A stretch of DNA of 62,970 bases, filler included. It is 4 parts of 4 records of this genome, joined end to end, with 100 filler letters (N's around TTAATTAATTAA, not from the genome) between each part and the next. Parts side by side here need not be neighbours in the genome. Positions count along the whole stretch, not along the records: positions 35,452 to 52,903 come from DRR723986_1319; 3 more parts are not named here. The stretch is one strand, 5' to 3'. Under the pieces are notes generated by a model. It did not search any database and had not been told where the DNA came from. It saw only the letters and a list, made by a program, of their open reading frames with translations. Both the position numbers and the translations under genes were made by a program. Below, in pieces: positions 42,270 to 49,728 of this stretch. Within the stretch, counting starts at the first letter, position 1. Every line of letters starts with the position of its first letter.

Positions 42270-43661
42270 GTGTACGACACCATCATTATCGGCGGCGGGA
42301 TGAGTGGCATTGCTGCTGGAATCCGGCTGGCCCACTACGACCAAAAAGTCTGCATTCTTGAGAAGCACTGGACGATCGGCGGACTCAATTCGTTCTATCG
42401 AATGAATGGTCGCAACTACGACGTTGGGCTTCACGCTGTTACCAACTTCACGCCACCCGGCACCAAGAAGGGGCCGCTTGCGCGGCTTCTGCGTCAATTG
42501 CGTTTCCGGTGGGAAGACTTCGAGCTGTCACCGCAGGTCGGTTCCGCGATCGCATTCCCTGACACGCGTCTAAATTTCAGCAATGACATCGACTTGCTCC
42601 GAAGTGAAATCGCCAGTGTCTTCCCCGCAGAAGTGGACAATTTTGAGACGCTGCTCACCAGGATCGCTGACTACGACGATCTGGACCAGGAAAGTTTCGA
42701 GGGTTCTGCACGAGCGTTCTTGGGCGAGATCTTCAACGAGCCGCTTTTGATTGAGATGATTCTCTGTCCACTGATGTGGTACGGCAACGCCCGCGAAGAT
42801 GACATGGACTACGGGCAGTTTTGCATCATGTTCCGCAGCATCTTCTTGGAAGGGTTTGCACGGCCCTTCAAAGGGGTGCGTCTAATTCTGAAACACCTGA
42901 TCAAGCGTTTCCGCTCACTCGGCGGAGAACTGCGACTGCGGAGCGGGGTCGAGAGGATCGAGGTCGATGGCGACCGGGCCGTGGGCGTGACGCTTGAGGA
43001 TGGAACGGTCCTGGAAGGAAAGCGAATACTTTCCAGCGCCGGGGCAATTGAGACGCAACGCCTCTGCTCGGATTTGAGCGAGGCCGAGGTCGAACGGGCC
43101 GGGCAGCTGACATTTATCGAATCGATTTCGATTCTGAATAAGCAGCCCAAGGAACTCGGGTTCGACGAGACGATTGTTTTCTACAACGACAGTGAGAAAT
43201 TTCACTGGAAGAGCCCTGAAGCCGATTTGTGCGACGTCCGCACCGGCGTCATCTGCAGCCCGAACAACTATTTGTATCCGGAATCAGAGGGTGAACTGGA
43301 CGACGGAGTGATGCGATTAACAACAATCGCTGATTTCGATCGTTGGACGCAAATGGACGACAGCGAGTACCAGCGGAAGAAGCTCTGGTGGTACGACCGA
43401 AGTGTTGCTTCCGCGGTGCGATTCGTTCCTGATTTTCGAAGCAATGTCATCGACACCGACGTCTTCACTCCGAAGACGATTCGCCGATTTACATCGCACG
43501 TTGGCGGCGCTGTTTATGGTGCTCCAGAAAAGAAACTGGACGGCACCACTCACTTGAAAAATCTGTTCCTATGCGGAACTGACCAAGGGTTCGTCGGAAT
43601 TATTGGCGCGATTGTTAGCGGTATCTCAATGGCCAACATGCACTGCCTACGCGACGGTTGA
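42270..43661 (+). CDS. Phytoene desaturase (CrtI)-like FAD-dependent oxidoreductase
   Basis: DTIIIGGGMSG dinucleotide motif, LEKH..IGG, YDVGLH, FTPKTI.RFT...GAVYG and NLFLCGTDQG. GTG start. Confidence 0.85.
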   Translation: MYDTIIIGGGMSGIAAGIRLAHYDQKVCILEKHWTIGGLNSFYRMNGRNYDVGLHAVTNFTPPGTKKGPLARLLRQLRFRWEDFELSPQVGSAIAFPDTRLNFSNDIDLLRSEIASVFPAEVDNFETLLTRIADYDDLDQESFEGSARAFLGEIFNEPLLIEMILCPLMWYGNAREDDMDYGQFCIMFRSIFLEGFARPFKGVRLILKHLIKRFRSLGGELRLRSGVERIEVDGDRAVGVTLEDGTVLEGKRILSSAGAIETQRLCSDLSEAEVERAGQLTFIESISILNKQPKELGFDETIVFYNDSEKFHWKSPEADLCDVRTGVICSPNNYLYPESEGELDDGVMRLTTIADFDRWTQMDDSEYQRKKLWWYDRSVASAVRFVPDFRSNVIDTDVFTPKTIRRFTSHVGGAVYGAPEKKLDGTTHLKNLFLCGTDQGFVGIIGAIVSGISMANMHCLRDG

Positions 43662-44303
43662 CATGCGAATTGGCCAGTTTGCGATGCAACGGGGCTTCAT
43701 CGCCTAGATGGAACGCCCGTGTAGAAGCCTCTCCCCGGCAGACGCTCGACCTCTCGCACGGGGAACTGGTAACGAAGGGCGTCACGTGTTAGGGCGCTTG
43801 AGTTCACCAGCCGAGGCAACTTGGTGGTTTTCAACCGCCGTGCGTTGTTCAGCCACAATCTTGCGTCCCAGCGCCGAAGGTGTTTCTTCGATGAGTCTCA
43901 CAACGGCGTCGCTTGCGGTCAGTCGGTTCTTTCGGACTTGCCTGACTGATGCAATTGCGATTGTCGTGCGGCCGCGTTGCGTGCCAGACAGGAGTTCGTC
44001 CGGAAAGTGCGTCACAGGTCCTGTTCGGTTGTATAGAATGGTGTCAAACCAATGGGCCCAAGAAAGCCACTTCCACGAGATCAGATTCTTTCGCCCGGAT
44101 TTGCTCCACCGGAACTTTGGCTGGGTTCGTCGGTTTCCAACCATGTCGACGATGCGTTGCTTTCGTTCCCACCTGCACACCAATCGACCAATTTGACTCG
44201 ATCGAACGCCGCACCCTGTTCTCGGTGCGAAGCGATCTGAGAATTTCGACTTTCCCGGACAGTTGCCACTTCGCAAGTGGTCTGATGGAGATTGACCTAC
44301 CGC

Positions 44304-45476
44304 ATGGATACTATCGACTTTGAGCCAAGGACGCGGCTGGTCTTCGGCGAAGGCACGACGAGCCGACTCGGACAACTTTCAAGCGAGCTTGGTGCGAAGC
44401 GGGCTCTGGTTGTCAGCGATGCGGGCGTCGTTGCTGCTGGGCATTTCCAACGCGGCGTCGACGCGCTAACCGCCGAAGGGATCGAGGTTCAGGCGTTTCA
44501 TGGTGTTCATGAGAACCCGTCGACTGACGACGTGGCCGCTGGCGTTGCAGTTGCGGAAGCGTTCAAGCCAGACCTACTGATCGGCCTTGGCGGGGGCAGT
44601 TCGATGGATTGCGCCAAGGGCATTAACTTCATCTATTCCTGCGGTGGAAAGATGGAGGACTACTGGGGCGTCGGCAAAGCGACCAGTGACATGTTGCCGA
44701 TGATTGCCGTCCCAACAACAGCGGGCACCGGAAGCGAGGCCCAGTCGTTCGCCTTAATCAGCCAAGCGGAATCACACGTCAAGATGGCGTGTGGCGATCC
44801 GCGCGCGGCCTGCAAAATTGCAATCCTCGATCCTCAGCTAACGCTGACACAACCGCCTCGCGTGACCGCACTGACTGGAATCGATGCTATTTCGCATGCA
44901 CTCGAGTCTTTTGTCTCGTCGAAACGCAACACCCTGAGCGCTTGCTATTCGCGGCAAGCGTGGCAATTACTGAGTGAAGGATTTCCGCGAGTTGTTGCGA
45001 GCCCCGGAGACATTGAAACGCGAGGCCAGACGCAACTCGGCGCCTACTTCGCTGGTCTGGCAATCGAGACCAGCATGTTAGGCGCGGCGCACGCTCTCGC
45101 AAATCCGCTTACGGCGAAGTACGGCGTCACGCATGGCCAAGCTGTTGGGATGATGCTGCCGTCGGTGATACGATTCAATGGGCTGGCGGTCGAACGGTGG
45201 TACGACGAACTTTGGCGTGATGTGGCCCACACTCAGATTGGTCAAGAGGTTGCTTCGGAGAGTTCGAGCACTTCGTTGAGTAAGTTTACCGCCAGGCTGG
45301 TCGAGCTTGCGGGGCTTGAAACACAACTTTCGCGAGTCGGCGTTGAAGCGGATTCGATCGAAGAACTAGCGACAGCGGCAACAAAACAATGGACGGGCAA
45401 CTTCAACCCCCGTAAACTGACGCAGGACGACTTTCGCATCATGTACGAAGAGGCTTTCCATAAGGAAGCGGTTTAA
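44304..45476 (+). CDS. Iron-containing (type III) alcohol dehydrogenase
   Basis: GLGGGSSMDCAK, VPTTAGTGSE, DAISHALE and AHALANPL...THG. Confidence 0.9.
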   Translation: MDTIDFEPRTRLVFGEGTTSRLGQLSSELGAKRALVVSDAGVVAAGHFQRGVDALTAEGIEVQAFHGVHENPSTDDVAAGVAVAEAFKPDLLIGLGGGSSMDCAKGINFIYSCGGKMEDYWGVGKATSDMLPMIAVPTTAGTGSEAQSFALISQAESHVKMACGDPRAACKIAILDPQLTLTQPPRVTALTGIDAISHALESFVSSKRNTLSACYSRQAWQLLSEGFPRVVASPGDIETRGQTQLGAYFAGLAIETSMLGAAHALANPLTAKYGVTHGQAVGMMLPSVIRFNGLAVERWYDELWRDVAHTQIGQEVASESSSTSLSKFTARLVELAGLETQLSRVGVEADSIEELATAATKQWTGNFNPRKLTQDDFRIMYEEAFHKEAV

Positions 45477-45532
45477 ATGCCGGTGAGCAATTGAGCTGTT
45501 TCACGAGAACGATGTTTTCAGAGACCCCATCC

Positions 45533-46669
45533 ATGAAGCTACATTCCAGCGCACTGAAAGTGCTAAGATTCGCCATAGTGCTGTCCTGCACCCTCGCGTG
45601 CGGCCCATTGTTCGCGGAAGATTGGCCTCAAGAACGCTACGATGTTCAAGGCAGCGGGGCGACGCCGACGGAATTGCCCAAGGACCTGGAACTGCTTTGG
45701 GAGAAGCGTCTCGAGGGCACTGGTTTCGACCGCGGGCCAATTATCGCCGACGGAATGATTTACTGCGGCGATGCCGATGGTGTGCTTTGGGCGCTTTCGT
45801 TGAAAGACGGCGAGGTTGCTTGGAAGCATGAAGAAGAGACCATGTACAACTCCAGCCCATCCTACCAAGATGGCGTTTTGTACGCGGGAGACATCGACGG
45901 TCAACTACGAGCCTTCGACGCCAAGACGGGGGATGTGAAATGGAAGTTCGATGCTGAGATGGAGATCGACGCCGGACCGAATTTCTTCGAAGATTCTCTC
46001 CTACTCACGAGCCAGAATGGCACGCTGTATTCATTGTCCAAGAAGGGCGAGCTGAATTGGAAGTACAGCATCGAGCAGCCGCTGCAGTGCGGTGCCACAC
46101 TAGCCGGCAACCGAACTTTCTTGGGCGGCTGTGACGAGCAGTTTCACACAATCGATGTGAAAAAGGGCACATTATTGGGCGAACCATCTCCTCTTGGCGC
46201 TCCGACTGGAAGTACGCCGACTGTAAGCGACAATCGCGTTTTCGTTCCAACCTATGCTGGGGCTATCTTTGCGTTCGAGCCAGGCAAAAAGGAGCCTGTG
46301 TGGACGTTTCGTGAGCCCAAATTAGCAGACAAGTTCGAGAACTCTTCTGTAGCTGTCGCAAAGGGCTTGGTCGTCGCGTGCAGCCGAACGCCAAAGCGGG
46401 TGTTTGCGTTGGAGGCCGCCACTGGAAAAGTCAAATGGGAGATGGTGCCTAGGAAACGCTCGGACGCTTCGCCTATAATTGCAGGTAACAGCGTTTTTGT
46501 TGCTGCCGCGGACGGGAGAGTGATTCGCCTAGATCTGATGACGGGCGAGCAAACGTGGATGAGCGAAGTCAAGCCAAGCTTCCTAGCCTCACCGGCCGCA
46601 GCAGACGGACGTTTGGTTGTGGCCAACGATCGCGGAACAGTTTACTGCTTCGGTGCGAAGAAGAGGTAG
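45533..46669 (+). CDS. Exported PQQ-like/BamB-like beta-propeller repeat protein
   Basis: Signal peptide, DWPQER, and repeated (A/F)(D/E)xxTGxxxW blades. Confidence 0.85.
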   Translation: MKLHSSALKVLRFAIVLSCTLACGPLFAEDWPQERYDVQGSGATPTELPKDLELLWEKRLEGTGFDRGPIIADGMIYCGDADGVLWALSLKDGEVAWKHEEETMYNSSPSYQDGVLYAGDIDGQLRAFDAKTGDVKWKFDAEMEIDAGPNFFEDSLLLTSQNGTLYSLSKKGELNWKYSIEQPLQCGATLAGNRTFLGGCDEQFHTIDVKKGTLLGEPSPLGAPTGSTPTVSDNRVFVPTYAGAIFAFEPGKKEPVWTFREPKLADKFENSSVAVAKGLVVACSRTPKRVFALEAATGKVKWEMVPRKRSDASPIIAGNSVFVAAADGRVIRLDLMTGEQTWMSEVKPSFLASPAAADGRLVVANDRGTVYCFGAKKR

Positions 46670-46799
46670 GGCTTCACTCAAACTGCATTGCTTGCCGGTA
46701 CAGCCGGAATGCACTCGGGCGCTACACGACCAAACGGTAATTATTCAAACTCAATAGCACGCTGTTGCAGCGTGACCCAATACGGGAAGTAGAATCGAA

Positions 46800-48107
46800 A
46801 TGACGGCAGAAGCGACGAAGACTGAAGTAGGCAGCTACTTCATTTCAAACTATCCGCCCTTTTCGCAGTGGCAGAGCGATAGCCTTCCCGAGGTCGAACA
46901 GGCGATGGCCAAGAAGCCTCGCGAGGTTCCGCTGGGGCTTTACTTGCACATTCCATTCTGTCGCAAACGCTGCAAGTTCTGCTACTTCAAAGTGTTCACT
47001 GGCAAGAACGCAGGTGAGATTGAACGATACGTAGAAGCCCTTTGCACAGAAATTGAGCTGGTCAGCCAGCAGCCCGCTATGGGCGATCGACCGTTCCGCT
47101 TCGTCTACTTCGGCGGCGGAACGCCTAGCTTTCTAGCTCCCAAGCAACTGACCAGTCTGGTAGATCGGCTACGGGCCAATATTAGCTGGGACAAGGCAGA
47201 AGAAGTTACCTTCGAGTGCGAGCCTGGCACGTTGAGCGAGAAGAAGGTCGCCACGCTCAAGGACTTGGGCGTCACGCGCCTGAGCCTCGGCATCGAAAAC
47301 TTCAACGACAAACTGCTTGAAGACAATGGACGTGCACACCTATCCAAAGAAGTCTTCAAGGCATGGGAGTGGATTGAGTCGGCTAATTTCCCAAACGTCA
47401 ATATTGACCTGATCGCGGGCATGGTCGGCGAGACTTGGGACAACTGGAAAGACAACATTCGCCGTACACTAGATCTTTCACCGGAGAGTGTCACGATCTA
47501 CCAGATGGAGTTGCCGTTCAATACCGTCTACTCCGAGGGCATCCTCAAGGAATCGCAAGAGTCACCGGTTGCGGATTGGCAAACGAAACGCGACTGGGTG
47601 AAATACGCCTTTGAGGAGTTCGCGGCGGCGGGATACGCGCAGAGTTCGGCGTACACCATGATCAAAGACCCGAACAAGATCTCGTTCAGCTATCGAGATA
47701 ACCTTTGGAAGGGATCGGACCTGCTGGCAACCGGTATCGCTTCCTTCGGACACATTTCGGGTGTTCACTACCAGAACCGGCCCGAGTGGCATCAGTACAT
47801 CGGCGCCCTTGACGAGGGCAAGCTTCCTCTGGGACGAGCCTTCACCCCGACACAGAAACAGGCGATGATTCGCGAGCTGATACTGCTGCTCAAGCGGGGA
47901 TACGTCGAACCGTCCTACTTCCAGGACAAATTCGGTGTTGATATTCGCACCGAGTATGCGGAAGTGTGGCAACAGTACAAATCAGATGGTTTCGTCGGCA
48001 GCGATGAGGGAGATCGAATCGAGCTGACGATGGACGGCTTGCTGCGGGTCGACGGGCTCTTGCCTGCCTTCTTTGAACCTGAGCACCAGGGAGTTCGGTA
48101 CACTTAA
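46800..48107 (+). CDS. HemN-like (coproporphyrinogen III oxidase family) radical SAM enzyme, atypical
   Basis: LYLHIPFCRKRCKFC, YFGGGTPS, RLSLGI and NIDLIAG. Confidence 0.9.
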   Translation: MTAEATKTEVGSYFISNYPPFSQWQSDSLPEVEQAMAKKPREVPLGLYLHIPFCRKRCKFCYFKVFTGKNAGEIERYVEALCTEIELVSQQPAMGDRPFRFVYFGGGTPSFLAPKQLTSLVDRLRANISWDKAEEVTFECEPGTLSEKKVATLKDLGVTRLSLGIENFNDKLLEDNGRAHLSKEVFKAWEWIESANFPNVNIDLIAGMVGETWDNWKDNIRRTLDLSPESVTIYQMELPFNTVYSEGILKESQESPVADWQTKRDWVKYAFEEFAAAGYAQSSAYTMIKDPNKISFSYRDNLWKGSDLLATGIASFGHISGVHYQNRPEWHQYIGALDEGKLPLGRAFTPTQKQAMIRELILLLKRGYVEPSYFQDKFGVDIRTEYAEVWQQYKSDGFVGSDEGDRIELTMDGLLRVDGLLPAFFEPEHQGVRYT

Positions 48108-48562
48108 TGTCCGATTCACTCGTGTTCATGATGGGCGAGTACGAAGCCCATTTTCCAAAGGAACTCTTGTACGCAAAGAACCACATGTGGGCTGCGCAAA
48201 GTGGCGATGCACTGCGATTCGGTTTGAGCGCCTACGCCGTTCGCCTGCTGCAAGACGTCTACTTCCTTGACATTACGATTGAGCCGGGCATGACACTTAC
48301 CGCTCGGACCGAGATTGGATCAATCGAAAGCAAGAAGGCGGAGAGTAGTCTTTACAGTCCGTGCGCCGGAAAGGTGACAGCTATCAACGAGTCCTTGCTG
48401 GAAGATCCGACAACGATCAATACAGACAAGTATGGAGATGGCTGGCTGTTCGAGCTTGACGGTTCGTCCGATGGATTATTCGATGCAGCCGGATACATGG
48501 TCAATTTGGAAACCGCTTGGGAAGTCGCACAACGTATGATCAAGGGGCAGGCAAATGCTTAA
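48107..48562 (+). CDS. Glycine cleavage H-like lipoyl-carrier protein
   Basis: Y.KNHMW, IESKKAESSLYSPCAGKV..IN, IN.DKYGDGWLF. TAATG overlap with the radical SAM stop. Confidence 0.85.
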   Translation: MSDSLVFMMGEYEAHFPKELLYAKNHMWAAQSGDALRFGLSAYAVRLLQDVYFLDITIEPGMTLTARTEIGSIESKKAESSLYSPCAGKVTAINESLLEDPTTINTDKYGDGWLFELDGSSDGLFDAAGYMVNLETAWEVAQRMIKGQANA

Positions 48563-49661
48563 GCAACGCACGCTGACCGTTGTCGTCTCTGCGGGTCAGA
48601 GTCGCAATCCGAAGAAACGCGAGCTCGAGGCCGCTGTTGCTGAGCTGGCCGCGGGGATCGAAGGCGTCCGAGTCGTTCGTGTGCCGCACCTGTACGACTT
48701 GCCACCGCGCGGTGAAACGTATCAGAAGCTTAGCGAAATTGACGACGATCTGGTTGTCGTTGGTTGGCTGTACGATCGCGCCACTCATTGGATCCTCGAC
48801 CGCAACGGTGTGACCGGACAGCCGGGCGAAGTTGAATTGCTCGCACCGGACAAACTGACTGACGATGATGACGAAGAAGACGTCACAGACGAGGAAGAAC
48901 TTCAACGCGTCACCGATTCTCAGCCTCGTCCAGATCGCGAAATTTATTGCATTGAGTTTCGTGCGAGCGAAAAGCCCGAGGAATTCGGCGCAGAGATTCG
49001 TCGCATCGTGTCACTCTCCCAGATGGATTCCGCGGAACCGAGCGGTACACCTCTGACGTTGGAAACCCTGACACGCTTCGAACAGCCGACGAATGATACC
49101 TACGTCGATAGTCCTACCCTTTCCAGTGCATTGCCACCTCCGGCAGACGGCAGTGACGATGCAGTTATCGCCGGAGTGCAGGCGGTAACGACGATCGAAG
49201 AAGCGTCTGGGCGACGTTGGTATCCAGTGATCGACTTCAGTCGTTGCACGAACTGCATGGAATGCATCGACTTCTGTCTGTTTGGCGTCTACGGGGTCGA
49301 CACGGTTGAGACCATCGTCGTCGAACAGCCGGACAATTGCCGAAAGGGCTGTCCGGCGTGCTCTCGCGTCTGCCCTCAAAACGCAATCATCTTTCCTCAA
49401 CACAAGACGCCAGCCATCGCCGGCGCTCCTGTTGAAGCGGGTGGTCTGAAGATCGACCTTTCGAAGCTTTTCGGTGCACCAGAGTCCGACGAGGATGCCG
49501 CTGAGGTCGCTGCTCGCGAGCGTGACGAACAATTGATCCTTGCAGGTCGCAAGCCGCTAGCTGGACAATCGGAGCTTGAACAACGAATTGCGGCCAGCAA
49601 GAAGTCCAAGCCAGACGAGCTTGACAGCTTGATCGATGAACTCGATGCGCTCGACCTGTAG
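48555..49661 (+). CDS. 2x[4Fe-4S] ferredoxin-domain protein with extra N-terminal domain
   Basis: CTNCMECIDFC and CRKGCPACSRVCP. 8-nt overlap with the upstream gene. Confidence 0.85.
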   Translation: MLKQRTLTVVVSAGQSRNPKKRELEAAVAELAAGIEGVRVVRVPHLYDLPPRGETYQKLSEIDDDLVVVGWLYDRATHWILDRNGVTGQPGEVELLAPDKLTDDDDEEDVTDEEELQRVTDSQPRPDREIYCIEFRASEKPEEFGAEIRRIVSLSQMDSAEPSGTPLTLETLTRFEQPTNDTYVDSPTLSSALPPPADGSDDAVIAGVQAVTTIEEASGRRWYPVIDFSRCTNCMECIDFCLFGVYGVDTVETIVVEQPDNCRKGCPACSRVCPQNAIIFPQHKTPAIAGAPVEAGGLKIDLSKLFGAPESDEDAAEVAARERDEQLILAGRKPLAGQSELEQRIAASKKSKPDELDSLIDELDALDL

Positions 49662-49728
49662 AAGACGTGACTTCGCAGGTTCCGCGTCTGGTCGACAACA
49701 TCCGAGTAGAAGTTGCGGAGAAGTTGCA

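Noticed and set aside
42270-43661. Carotenoid biosynthesis call (crtI)
   Set aside because: No crtB/crtE/crtY nearby, and the neighbour is an ACP. Only family-level similarity is supported.
43708-44375. ORFs 43708-44196 (+), 43949-44323 (+) and 43782-44375 (-)
   Set aside because: Arg/Ser/Cys-rich random-looking translations that overlap each other and carry no motifs.
46800-48562. Assigning the gene symbols hemN and gcvH
   Set aside because: Signature motifs deviate and pathway partners are absent, so the symbols were withheld.
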